Translations under genes and position numbers: made by a program
Notes under the pieces: model-generated
Seen by the model: only the letters and a program-made list of their open reading frames with translations
The model's database searches: none
What the model was told of the DNA's origin: nothing
NCBI RefSeq assembly: GCF_041956535.1
Contig: NW_027192214.1
Span: forward strand, 363,309 to 427,308
DNA: 64,000 bases
Source: Calcarisporiella thermophila CBS 279.70
Lineage: Eukaryota > Fungi > Calcarisporiellomycota
Reading direction: 5' to 3'
Shown: positions 51,223 to 63,710 of the stretch, in pieces
How positions within the stretch are numbered: position 1 is the first letter of the stretch
Layout of the letters: every line of letters starts with the position of its first letter

Positions 51223-52943
51223 TTAAATGATAAATATTTGGTTAGTGTCGATGGGATGTGAGGAAGAGAGCTGTGGTTTTTGCGTGTACTTGGTTAGGAG
51301 AATTTGCCTCATGCTCACAAGAAGCTGTCTATATGAAATAGGCTGTTGCTGAACAGAGTTCATGCTATCGAGGGAAAGTAGGGATAAAAAGTTATATATG
51401 GCCCAACTTCAGGAGGAATCCTAGAAACCTACACTGAAATAAAAGCAAAGCTCATAGCACCAGTATTCATGCCCGCCTCTGTTAGAAATCAAAAAGGAAC
51501 TTAGTCAGAAGACGCCGTGGTTAAACATTGATCCAATATCCTCTACCGGTTGTGTCTGCCGATGTTTGGTTATCCTTGCATCCTCCAAGAGATATCACAT
51601 CCGCTGGACTCCCTCTCGATTGCTTGGCATATTCTCGGCTCTTCTTGCCCCTTGTCAGCATCGTTCCAATCGTACTGACGGTCTTGAAAATACCACCAAT
51701 ATCTCCGCGGAGATAATCTCCACCCATGCTCATCAGAGAGGAGCCCGCGGTAGAAACAATGGTGGTTTCTTTAAGTGTACCTTGTGTGCTGTACATGTAT
51801 GGAAGATCCAGGGCTGACCCGGAATGGCAAGAGTCAAAGATGGCAGTAAGTCGGCATCCTAATACAACCACAACAAAGTCAGTGTACCTAAGGCATAAAA
51901 GAATAAAGGATACTATCAAAAGAGCGGTATACCTGGAGGCAGTGGTCTCACCAGATGATAGTGCATTTCGTCATCGACAATCATTCCGGCTACCGAGTGG
52001 TCCACCGGGTATATTGTTTCATCCATCCCATCTTCTTCGTCTCCGTCAAGATCTCTTGTTTGGCCTCCGTGGCCAGAAAAATGGAAGAAGAAGGAGTCGT
52101 TGGGCTTTGCGTCGCGCACGAGCCACTGGCAGGCCGCCACTATGTTTGCTCGAGTTGGCTGGAACTTGGGATCTTTTTGATCATCCGTCAGTAAAACCAT
52201 ATCGCCTTCACGCCAGCCGCGAGACTGGAGGAAATTTTTCATATTTTTAACATCGTTGATGCAGCCTAATTTATAAATAAGCAGCGATAAGTTGGAGGCA
52301 GAAAGCGAAACGGCAGAGACAGAGAATAACGAGGAAAGAAAAAAAGAGATGCAAAAAAAAAAGCAATCCAAAAATTTGGAATGGAAAATGCCCTACCTCT
52401 CAATTCTCCTTTCTGCCCAAAATAGTTGATTCCAATAAGCACTGCTTTTCTCGCCCCGGTGCAGTTACTTATTTGATAGTTATTTGGAGCAGGACCCGTA
52501 ATTGGGTTCATGTGGCCGATCATTGCATCTCCCGCATTCGGAGTTGTGGGTGGATAATAAGTTGTATTCGGACCATATGGCTGTGGAGGAGGGGGATAAG
52601 GTGATCCATTAGAAGATTGCGGGGGAGGAGGGCCTTGAGGTGGAGGGTAGGCCGCATGTCGATCATTAGCAGGAGGGGGATAGTAAGGCCCATTTGAAGG
52701 AGGGGGCGGTGGATAAGCGGAAGGTGTATAGGGTGGGGGCGGGGGAGGATACGCATTGGAAGGCGGATAGGCATTAGAAGGTGGATAAGCATTTGGGGGC
52801 GGATACGAATTGGGAGGAGGATACGTATTGGAAGGAGGATAAGCGTTGGGAGGTGGTGGATAAGCATTAGAAGGGGGCGGGTAATAGTTTTGAACCGGTG
52901 GTTGCGTTCCGTATTGTGCTCTGTACTGGCTGCCGGGATACAT
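51223..52943 (-). CDS. MCA1: Type I metacaspase with Pro/Tyr/Asn-rich prodomain
   Basis: [41 protein letters not shown]-like motif, [12 protein letters not shown]; repeated NAYPPS units in the N-terminus. Confidence 0.96.
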
Positions 52944-54396
52944 GGTGTGCAGATGGATGTTTTTTCAGATCAGTGGTTGGTTTACTAATGACGATTAAAT
53001 GATCCAGAAAAATGAGATCAGCCTTGAACAGTGTACCTGCCACCCAAGAATTTTTGAGCTAAGATATCCATGAAACCGGTGTGGCTCGAAAAACCTGGAG
53101 CCGCAGCAATTGAATCTGCTCCGTGAAAGTTATCGAGTCAGATTTATGGCGCGGTTTTAAGTGAAAGCGTTTTAAATTAGTCACCTCTAGCATTAATATA
53201 TCTGAAAAAGAGGAGGTCGTCGTAAACCTACTAGCATATATAATAAAAAATGGACACCAATCTATTACAATACGGCTCTCAAGTGCCATTTTCACAACAA
53301 CTATTAGCATCAGAAGTGCACTGGCCCCTTTTTTTTATTAGATGAATCCGGAAACAAAAAAATAATGGGTAAAACTTACCCGTATGTTCTCTTTCTGATA
53401 TGCTTGGATAATTCTAAAGGGAACATAAGCCCTGGAAACCGTGGAAATCAGCTTCCTCTAGATATACGGAGTATTCAATATTTTAATCACCATAGCTAAC
53501 AAACAAACTCGCAGAGAAACCCGAGAAAAGGATCAGCCGGCATCTCATAAAGACTTCGGCACTTAAACTGTACTTTAAATTTGTATCCTCTAGCAATATA
53601 GCTCCATTGATCCTTGAACCATTTATTTAAGTGCGTCCTATCGCAAATACCTCAAAATCTACAGATATAGGATATTGCTCTTGATTCTTTCTTTATCAAG
53701 TGTGAATCTCTATTGTTAAAGAAGATTCATAAAATTGTACAAAAGCTATAATGGAGAAGAATAAATATAAATGTAGGAAAGGTATTGGTTAATGTAATAT
53801 TAGTGTACAGAGCGGTATGAAGGACATGATGATATTTTTCAACACATATAGAAAGAAAAGGAAATGATAATATAAACGGGAGGAAAAAGTTAACTGTTGA
53901 CACCAAATTTCGGCAAGGTTAGTTGAAGGAAAAGGAGAAAATGGACACGATATAGAATATTGCTTATGATCAGCGTAGATACACGTGGAAAAACAAACTT
54001 TTATATCCAGCGCCGCTTGCACCCGCAGCTGTTGATAAACACACGCTGGGTAACATGCGTGTGGGTCAAAAGAATATTTGTGCACAGGAGTGAACGGGTA
54101 TCTTTTAATTCTTTCCTACTACCTTTGCATGCATGCAAATCTGTCCCATATTCTGATCGTTTCGAGAACCATCTCATTTTAGGAATAGCGCGTCTTTAAA
54201 TAAAATCTTGCGGGGATCCAACTGGCGGTTGTAGATAGGTAAGGCAACTCTTAAATGAGAATTCCATTATTTCTAGAAAGGGCACTTATTGGTAGAGACA
54301 TTTCAGTATAGAGTTTAATACTTCAGAAAAGATAAAAGTCACAGAGTGTAAACATGAATCATATTTTAAGGAAAACAAGGAGATGGGAGAGTGTTA

Positions 54397-56652
54397 TCAA
54401 GGCTGGGGTTCGAGGAAGGTCAAGACCCTCTTCGCGAGGCCCACAATTTCGGTTTCATCCGAGACCATATCTTCTCCCTCTGGTTCCTCGGTTGAAACTC
54501 CCGCTTGGGAATTGACCTCAGGCCGGCTTGCAAGACGCGTCACTGCTTCCACAATCGAGCCGGACGATCGAATGCGTTCGGAGAGCCGCCTATCGCCCCC
54601 CTCCAAAAATTGGACGATTGTCCAAATGGCGATGTGCTGGAAGGTGATATCGGGGCTGTCTAGGAATCGCTTTAAATAACCCTGGAGACCCCCCGCGGGC
54701 TGGCTCCACACGTTCACGAATTTCGTGTAGTCCGAAACCTTGGAGGAGAGGTTGCCAATGGCGGCGGCACTGTTTCCTTGCACCTCCAAGCTCTCCGAAG
54801 CCGTCAGGGGAATAAGCACTGCGCAAATATCTAAATCTACTAGCCTGCTCTTTAGCTCCTCGCTCAATGCAAGCACCGCCACGCACGCGGTCATCTCAGA
54901 TTGGGCAGCCAGTGGCACACGCAACACCAAATCTCGGATTCTTCCCACTGCACCCGCATCCACGATTGCCTGCTTATTGCGGCCTGAGCTGGCCGCAAGG
55001 TTTCGCAGCGTGCTCACTGCGTGGCATTGAACTTCTTCATTTTCATCATAGGCTAAGAGGTCGATTAACGGATTGAGAAATCCGGCTTCAATGATGCGAG
55101 ATTCATTCATCGGATGGATGGATATGTTGCGAATGCACGCGACCGATGACAAAATTAATGGGAGGATATTAGATTTAAGTAGTCGAAGCAGAGGCGGTAG
55201 GCCCCGAGATTGAACGATTTCACGTTGATATTTTTCTGTTCATTAAAATAGTCATGTCAATCGCGCGAACAATCCCTCTACAGGTCTACCCATTAGGGTG
55301 CTTTACCATCAGACGCCAAATTTCGCAGCGCCAGTGCAGCCTGACATTGAACCTTCAGCGAACTCGATTCCATGAGCGGAATAAGATATTGTACGAGGCG
55401 GGGTTCGCTTTGTGCCAATTTCTTGCGACTTGAAGCTACATTATTCATCGATATATTAATATATGCGTCTCCTGAAAGGAAAATAAATCCCGTTGAAAGA
55501 AAAAAAAGGATATATATTATTACCATCAACTGCTATATTGCTGAGGGCTGTTGTGCAATAGTACTGAACGTCGGTATCAGGAGCATTTAACAAACTCACC
55601 AACACAGGTATAGCGCCTGAATTAACGAGATGCTGCCGATTTTCCTCTAAAGAGAAATGAGTGAGTTAGAGACATTTCAGTGATTACTCGGCCCTAAAGA
55701 AAGTATATACCTGAGTGGGTCATGTTGAGAAGCGCTCCCGTAGCATTCCGTTGTACACGAAGATCTTTCGATCGAGCAAGTCTGATGAGCGGAAGTAGAG
55801 CACCACTCTTGGCTATTTTTGATTTGTTTTCATCTACACAGGAATAAAAACGTATTAAGGGCCACACAACAACAAACCCCAGTTGACAGAATTTACCGTG
55901 TGTTGCAAGATTTGTTATACATCCGCATGAGTTACATTGAACCTCGACATTAGGGGACATCATTTGCCGTATTAATGGCTCCAGCCCTCCGAGTTTGACA
56001 ATCAGTACCTTATTTTCCGCTGGAATAAGATAGTGCAATATTAGTTTTTCAGTGTGTACATCACACGAATGAAGGTGTACTTACGAGCAACTGCGAGATT
56101 GCCAAGAGCTGCGGATGCGGCGCGCTGCACTTCAACATCATGGGATTGAAGCAAGAACATTATAGGTTCTAAAGTATCACGATCCACTGCACGCACATCT
56201 TAGGAGAGAAAAAGAGTGGATTAGCGGCGGAATTTATTTCCCAGCTCCACTACCAAACTGCTTACCTTTCTCCGTGATCTCCGCAAATGCCAAGGCTGCT
56301 GAGCGCTGCAAATCAACATTGTCGGAGAATGCCAGGGTAGAAAGCGCTCGTAATGGCTCGCCCTCAAAGAAGTTTGTCTGATCGCGGTCTTCGAATTTTG
56401 TGATAATATAATTAATGGTCATATTATGGATCAAAAGTACACTTAATGCTCACTCTCTAGATATTGCAATAAATCAGCAACGGCCTCTCGTTCATTTTCT
56501 TGAAGTAAAGGTTCATAATAGCCCCCACGAGCACGTCCTTGATTATCATTTTAAAAAAAATGTTTAGATAGGCGAATAAATGAAAAATGAGATAAAAATA
56601 GAAAAGGCCTACTTGAGCAACAATCCGTCAAGCAGCTAGAGCATGCACCCAT
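54397..56652 (-). CDS. VAC8: Vacuolar armadillo-repeat protein
   Basis: N-terminal MGACSSC (myristoyl/palmitoyl), [35 protein letters not shown] repeats. Confidence 0.96.
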
Positions 56653-57153
56653 GGTGATGATAATACGCGGAATGCAAGAGTCCTCTTGTGATTAAAATCG
56701 AAAAAAGAAGAGCGTTGAATTTTCAGACAGGTGATCGTTTAACCTCCTGCAGCTATTTATGATTCGCAATATTTATTGGTTGTATCTAATGAGCAATTAT
56801 GGGGGAAAAGAGAGGAGGAAGTGCGTAGGGTAAAATGAACACTTATTTGTCGCGTGAGCGAGATAAAAACTCACACAAGCAAAAGAATGTAAGCCAGTAC
56901 TATTAAGATGTCAAATGGGGTTGTAAGGATAAAAAACCAAGACATCCTCACCTCCAATGTGTGTGACGTGTTTAATATTTTTCTTAGCATGAGATTCAAA
57001 ATTTCAATATAAGAAACATAGAAATACCTCATACAGACAAAAAAAGAATAAGTTAAAACAGTGCCTCCTTAATGGTGATTAAGCGGCCACTATTTATTCG
57101 AATAAATTCACAAGAATATATCCATTCTATTTATAATAAGCGTCAGCAAACGT

Positions 57154-58084
57154 TTAATGCGATAGGCGGATAAAAGTCATGCTATCACTTGGATTGCCTA
57201 AGAGTGCATCAACAACAGAGGGCGTACCTCTTTTACACACATACACCCCCTTGTCTTGCACTCCGTTCTCAAACATACATTCGAGTATTTTAGTAGCACA
57301 GCGAAGTTTACCAGCCTAATGAATATATGCATTAATGTCACCATTAGAAAGTCATAAGTAGAGCAAGTCTGGAAATGCGTTTTACCATCCCCCCTGTCAC
57401 ATCCATCACAGTATTTAACTTATCGCGAGTTTCGGTATTCACCGTTATCTTACTACATCCCTTGTTCACGTCTATTCGAGTTAGAAGTTTAGCCTCCGAG
57501 GACTCAGGGTTCCTATCGTAGACGCCTGCCACATCTGTCACAAAGATGCATCGGTCCACATTGAACACGCGAGCGGCCTCGACCATAAGCGTATCTCCAC
57601 TCACAACTTGACAACCAGTGTCACCGACCAGCGCGAGATCTCCATACATCAGTGGTACAAGCCCCAGCTGAAGCATTCGGCTTGCTTGTGTCATAAGAGT
57701 AGAGAAGTCGCAGGATTCAGTGAGAAGGTTGAAAGTGGGAAGGCTTACGGCTGGGATGTCGTTCTGTATTAGGAGAGATAAAATACGAGTATGAAGAGTG
57801 AGTAGTGCACGACGGGTGTCCGCAATTCCTATAAGCCGCGTGGTCAATACTGCCCCTGATGCGCCATATATACCCTGTTTTAACTCATGTTCATGAACAT
57901 GAGCATGGCCAAAGGATCCTGCTCCGTGAACAAGTAGAAGATGTTCACCGCGATCGCGGAGGAGAAAATAGGCATTTCGAAGTTGGAGGACAAGCGATTC
58001 GAGATCGTTTTCGGGTACAAGCGTTTCTTTGACACGTTTATTTGTGATGGCTGCTCCTCCTAGTTTGACCACTACCACCCTCAT
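57154..58084 (-). CDS. Isopentenyl phosphate kinase-like (amino-acid-kinase family); 1 intron
   Basis: VVKLGGAAITNK, VHGAGSFGH, VVSGD, TDVAGVYDRNP, DVTGGM..K. Confidence 0.82.
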
Positions 58085-58258
58085 TGTTACCTGCCTTCTA
58101 TCGAGGAGAACTTATGCTATTTCAAACTCAAATAAGCCACTCTAAGTAACAAAATTGCTATCTATAACTTTGATTTGGGTTCTTTAAAATCTTTTATTAT
58201 CGATCTATAGTACTAGAGATTACAGAGATCGTGGTGCTACAACAAATATAATGTCTAT

Positions 58259-58940
58259 CTATGAGGAGTGCTCCAATTGATATCTAGCTTTGCATGCTTC
58301 TAAAGCTTCTCGAATAAAAGGTTTTGTTACAAGTTCAATGGCCTCGTGAAGTGGAAACTATTCAAAAAAAAAAATGGTATGCAGGGTTAAAAGAGTATCA
58401 TGCAAAGCTATCCAATTAAAATATATACCCATTTCCGCTGTCTCTGATTCTCTTCAGGCCAGTGGTCTTCTATGTCGACCACTTCTAGCTCATACCAATA
58501 AAAAATCGCTCGGGGCGCACCAGTGGATATCATCTTGGTATGAGGCCAGATTCCAAGATGACAAGATATGCGTCCACGAACGCCAGCTGATATACCAAAA
58601 TAATGCAAATAATATTATGCTCCATTAGACTATAATGGCAACACATTAAATGGAATTGTTGAATAAAACCTTCTTCATAAGTCTCGCGTATCGCAGCACT
58701 CTCGATGCTCTCATCATTTTCCCAGCCTCCTTTTGGCTGATAAAAGCAGAATCATGAATCAGAATCAACTTGAAATAGTAAATTCATCAGATGATTACAT
58801 ACCAGAACCCAGGTGCTGGGCGCTTTACGACTCGATATTAAAAGTACATGACCAGTAATTGGATGGATGGGCACACATCCAGAAACTATCCGAGAGCCGT
58901 TGGAATATACTTGTTTATTGCGGCCCTCTCTAGCTTGCAT
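58259..58940 (-). CDS. DDP1: Nudix diphosphoinositol-polyphosphate phosphohydrolase (Ddp1/Aps1-like); 4 exons
   Basis: AREGRNKQVY, VLLISSRK, WVL-PKGGWENDE...RETYEEAGVRG, WPEENQRQRKW. Confidence 0.9.
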
Positions 58941-59076
58941 TAGAAAAAAGGAAAATAATAATAAGAAATGACAAAAATAAAATTAATAAATTAATTATTG
59001 CCGGTCAAGGAAAACCAGTTTTGAAAAAATATGGATTTATATACTAAGAATTTTGTCGGAAAAAATGTTCACCTAA

Positions 59077-59148
59077 AGCGATGTAGAGCAGTGGAAGCTC
59101 GTCAGGCTCATAACCTGAAGGTCACTGGATCGAAACCAGTCATCGCTA
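59077..59148 (+). tRNA. Initiator tRNA-Met (CAT), copy 1
   Basis: A1:U72, short D-loop AGTGGAA, anticodon loop CTCATAA, T-loop ATCGAAA; followed by T6. Confidence 0.95.
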
Positions 59149-59412
59149 TCTTTTTTATATTCATTCATCTTTAAAATAAAATATCGTATTTTTTCTTCGA
59201 TTTTGCTCTTAAAATATTCGGGTTCGACTTTATACCAAATCGAATTTCATTCTGGTATCGAAGATCAGAGGACTTTAAATCTAGCCAAAATTTTTTTTAA
59301 CACTTGACACTGCTCATCATATGCACTACTGTATATTCGAAACTTGAGCCAAATTCAGTGTAGATTATAGCACCCATTCAACCTCATTTTTTATTTCCAA
59401 ATGTTCAAATTT

Positions 59413-59515
59413 GGCCTAGATATTTCCAATTTATTTTGACGAGGAAAGCTACCCTACCATTTTAACTGTTAAAACTGTTAAACTGTTAAAGATACTTTTC
59501 AATGAGGACTCTTGA
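59413..59515 (+). repeat. Decayed LINE-A 3'-terminal remnant
   Basis: attttgacgaggaaagctaccctaccattttaac...gatacttttcaat resembles 8526..8578; contains a triplicated aactgtta. Confidence 0.6.
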
Positions 59516-60097
59516 CATAAATGAAATAAAACAATGGACTTGTCCTTTTATTGGAGTTTTTTAGAGTAAGCAACAATTCATCCTAATTTTGTATTAAAAC
59601 AGCCTCTAACCATTTTTCCTATACACTAAGATATCATGAAATCGAGACGGATAGCATCGTCTGTTCTAAATCTTACTTCGTCGGGAGATAAATACAAGTT
59701 TTCTAAACTTCTTAACCATTTTTCATTTCTTTTAAAGTAGAATTGAATATTATACAGTAGGGAGTATCCTAATTGCAAGGTCATTTCTCAATTAGAAATG
59801 TAGTAAATTTGACAAATCTATTATATTCATCCAGCTACTAAGTTTCACCTCGTATATCATTGGTTTTTTAAACAAACACACAATAGTGAATAATTAACAT
59901 TTCTCAAATTTTTGCCAAGTAGAGTAAATTTGCAAGCAATCAATGTAACATAATTGGGTATACAAAACGGAAGCAAATAGGAAATTTGAAGACAAGAAAA
60001 ACAAAATCCTCACCAAAAATGAAATGAAAACATTGATCTCCATCAAATATCTCAATATCCCAAAAAATAAAATTACTTCAAAAAGGTTATAAAAGAA

Positions 60098-60169
60098 TAG
60101 CGATGACTGGTTTCGATCCAGTGACCTTCAGGTTATGAGCCTGACGAGCTTCCACTGCTCTACATCGCT
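60098..60169 (-). tRNA. Initiator tRNA-Met (CAT), copy 2, identical to copy 1
   Basis: Exact reverse complement of 59077..59148. Confidence 0.95.
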
Positions 60170-60239
60170 TTGCTCCTTGTTTAAGAGTATCTTAAATTGG
60201 GAATATGGTTGAAATTTCGACGATTTTTTTTTTCCGACG

Positions 60240-60253
60240 CGTTTTTTTAATAA
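60240..60253 (+). repeat. Target site / TSD (cgtttttttaataa); copies at 61921..61934 and 62923..62934
   Basis: 61921..61934 cgtttttataataa matches 13/14; 62923..62934 tttttttaataa matches 12/12. Each sits just after a LINE poly(A) and before the next LINE 5' junction. Confidence 0.75.
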
Positions 60254-61918
60254 CCAACACCGCCGTATCTACTAAATGATATTCTAACCTTCTTCATCAA
60301 TGGAGGAAGGATAGAATGTAGATCACTCCGGCGACAAACCTTTTTGGAGCGGAACATGCCGATACAATCGGAAATGGAGCGTAGATATTCTGCGCAACCC
60401 ACGGAAAGGCTAAAAAGAGCGTGCGAACGTCGCTATAACGATTTTTCCTTAGAATGGGAACACGGATACCTTATCCTGCCCCCCGACCTAGTAGAGAAAA
60501 TCACGAACTGTTCTGCCATACCCCGACAACATCCGCCTCTTCGTTTCCCACTCCATCTTTGTCACCTGGCTGGCGCGCCCGTCCCGGAATACTCCACCCG
60601 ACAGGGAAGGCACTACCAGCGAAATGGCTCTCCGGAACCAGAAACGCTGACGCCCCAATCCTGGTCAGAGGTTGCATCCACGGCAAANNNNNNNNNNNNN
60701 NNNNNNNNNNNNNNNNNNNNNNNNNNNNNNNNNNNNNNNNNNNNNNNNNNNNNNNNNNNNNNNNNNNNNNNNNNNNNNNNNNNNNNNNNNNNNNNNNNNN
60801 NNNNNNNNNNNNNNNNNNNNNNNNNNNNNNNNNNNNNNNNNNNNNNNNNNNNNNNNNNNNNNNNNNNNNNNNNNNNNNNNNNNNNNNNNNNNNNNNNNNN
60901 NNNNNNNNNNNNNNNNNNNNNNNNNNNNNNNNNNNNNNNNNNNNNNNNNNNNNNNNNNNNNNNNNNNNNNNNNNNNNNNNNNNNNNNNNNNNNNNNNNNN
61001 NNNNNNNNNNNNNNNNNNNNNNNNNNNNNNNNNNNNNNNNNNNNNNNNNNNNNNNNNNNNNNNNNNNNNNNNNNNNNNNNNNNNNNNNNNNNNNNNNNNN
61101 NNNNNNNNNNNNNNNNNNNNNNNNNNNNNNNNNNNNNNNNNNNNNNNNNNNNNNNNNNNNNNNNNNNNNNNNNNNNNNNNNNNNNNNNNNNNNNNNNNNN
61201 NNNNNNNNNNNNNNNNNNNNNNNNNNNNNNNNNNNNNNNNNNNNNNNNNNNNNNNNNNNNNNNNNNNNNNNNNNNNNNNNNNNNNNNNNNNNNNNNNNNN
61301 NNNNNNNNNNNNNNNNNNNNNNNNNNNNNNNNNNNNNNNNNNNNNNNNNNNNNNNNNNNNNNNNNNNNNNNNNNNNNNNNNNNNNNNNNNNNNNNNNNNN
61401 NNNNNNNNNNNNNNNNNNNNNNNNNNNNNNNNNNNNNNNNNNNNNACAGTAAGACATGCGGCTCAAATCGTCTTCGATTCGGTGCTATGGCAAATACATC
61501 GGGACCGAATCGCCTACCATTTCGAATGCATTCGAGCATCACCCGAGACAATCATCCTCCGTGCCAAAATGGACATCGAGGAGGCCATCGGAGGTGAACT
61601 GATAAAGGCACAAAAAAGACGAGAGATAGAGTTATTCCGAAGAAGGTGGTACAGTCAGGGAGCGGTAATAGAAAGTTCGGATAGAGCAAGACTAAAACCG
61701 GAGTGACGAAGCAACCCTTCCTCTCTCCCAATCCGCTCTTTCCCTCCTCCCCTCCTCCCCTCCTCCCCTCCTCTTTACTTCATACCTTTCACCAAATACC
61801 CGATCACTATATACATCTAATTTACCCTTTATTCCCCCTTTTCTTATTTCATTGTAATCATTAAACTCTTGTAAGCTATGGAAACTAATAAAAGTCTCCG
61901 TTGATTGATAAAAAAAAA
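60254..61918 (+). mobile_element. 5'-truncated LINE family C (ORF2 C-terminal half, gap 60688..61446, 3'UTR, poly(A))
   Basis: Reading frame opens at 60254, right after the TSD. RFPLHLCHLAG..YSTRQGR is homologous to FPLTKC.IAG..YTTKAGR. The tail is homologous to 8817..9071. AATAAA then A10. Confidence 0.88.
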
Positions 61919-61934
61919 GACGTTTTTATAATAA

Positions 61935-62922
61935 TCCTGGTCCTGCTACAGGGTATACCACAGATTGAAGGACCATGCACGTTCCCGCTGGGTAAATGTG
62001 TGCTAGCTGGCACAAAGATCAAAAACTTCCGCACAAAAATCGGGAGGCTCTCCAAGACAAGCAAAGGAGAGAATATCACTCCGGAATGGAAAGAGACCTC
62101 AAGTGATTCCATCAGTTTGGAGGTAGCTTGGATGTGCTGGAAAAAGCGGCCGAGCGAACCCAAGCATAGGACACTAAGATGGAGACTCTTGAAACACGGA
62201 TTGGTGACTAACATAATCACTAGTAAGTGGACAGGAGAACCTAATATTTGCAAGCGGTGCACAACCAACGCAGTGGAAACCATTAGTCATGCTTACCTGG
62301 AATGCCCGGCCATAAATCAACTATGGCAAAGAGTAGACAATTACGTCTGCCGCATTCTTGGAGTGAGAGCTCACGAATCAACCAAGGAAGACAGACTATT
62401 TGGAACAGACTACAAAACCATGGGCTACCAACGGGAAGTAGTATCAACGGTCCATGATGCAGCAATTTGGACCATCTATCGATCAAGCTTATCGATAATA
62501 ATGGATAACGCCCAACCAAGCGAAATAGCGCTCGCTGAACAACTAGGTCACGAAATGCAAAAAATCGTGAGATCCAAATGGTGGTCAGCGTCCATAAAGG
62601 ATAAGAAAGAAGATTTCCAAGAGCTTTGGTGTAAGGGAAATTGGATACAAGTCCAAGGAGACGAAATATCCTTCAACCAAAACACTTAGCTCCAATACGA
62701 CCTTGCCAAATACCCTACCACCCGCATTCCAATTTTTCCTTTTTTTTTTGTTTGTTTATATTCTTTTTCTCTCTTATATAATACCGTTCTTGAAAAAGAG
62801 GATGGTATTCACACGCTCTACCATTACGCACATGTATTCCTTGTTTCGGAGAACTGCCAAGTCCTTTCACTTAACTTGTATAGGAGACTTTTCAATAAAG
62901 ATCCTTAAATCCCAAAAAAAAA
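61935..62922 (+). mobile_element. 5'-truncated LINE family B (zf-RVT tail, 3'UTR, poly(A))
   Basis: ORF to 62689 with CKRC...HAYLEC; ends gagacttttcaataaagatcct...A9. Confidence 0.92.
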
Positions 62923-62934
62923 TTTTTTTAATAA

Positions 62935-63224
62935 TTCTAAGAGCTTTGGTGTAAGGGAAGCTGGGTACAAGTCCAAGGAGACAAATATCTTTCATCCAAT
63001 CCACTTAGCTCCATTACGACTATACCGAATACCCAACCACCCGTATTCTAATTTCCTTTTTTTTTCTCTTCCCTCACTCGTATACCACTTTCCTTGAAAA
63101 ATAGGAAAGTTAGGCACCTCTCTACCATTTCTTACATGTGTTTCTTGTTTTCTGATGTCTATCAATTTCCTTTATTAAGCACGAAAATGGATACTTTTTA
63201 ATAAAGATCCTCCTAACAAAAAAA
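62935..63224 (+). mobile_element. Short, more diverged 3' copy of LINE family B
   Basis: Aligns to ~62615..62922; ends gatactttttaataaagatcct...A7. Confidence 0.85.
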
Positions 63225-63710
63225 TCTAATCGATCGTCAAGTACCAATTGCTATCTTCATTATGCATCTCATTATCTTTATGCATCAGTTACCTTTTCGT
63301 TATCTTTTTTATGCGACGATCTCTTTACGCAACCATCATATAATATATGCTGGTTGCATAAAGATAGATATTATCTATTCAGATATATTTTTATCTAAAC
63401 CTTTTTCTTGCTATATAAGAACAAAGTACAAAAAAAAATAAAGAAAACGAGGTATTTGGCGACCCCAGCACTATTCTTGTGACGAAAGTAATTTCCGACT
63501 TTCGGACTCTTATATAGAAAAATAATAATAAAATAAAAGAGAAAAATAAGAGGATCAGAAAAAAAATAGCTGAACTATTTAAAGAATTACAAGAAAAACA
63601 ACAAAGGGATATGTCATTTACAAACAAACAAGTAATAAATGGATGCATATAATTAAGTTTCAAATTAAAATCGAAAATTCTTCACATCTTTCAATTTCCA
63701 TGTAATAGTG

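Noticed and set aside
59215-59260. B-box-like ggttcgactt downstream of iMet
   Set aside because: No cloverleaf or A-box; imperfect match.
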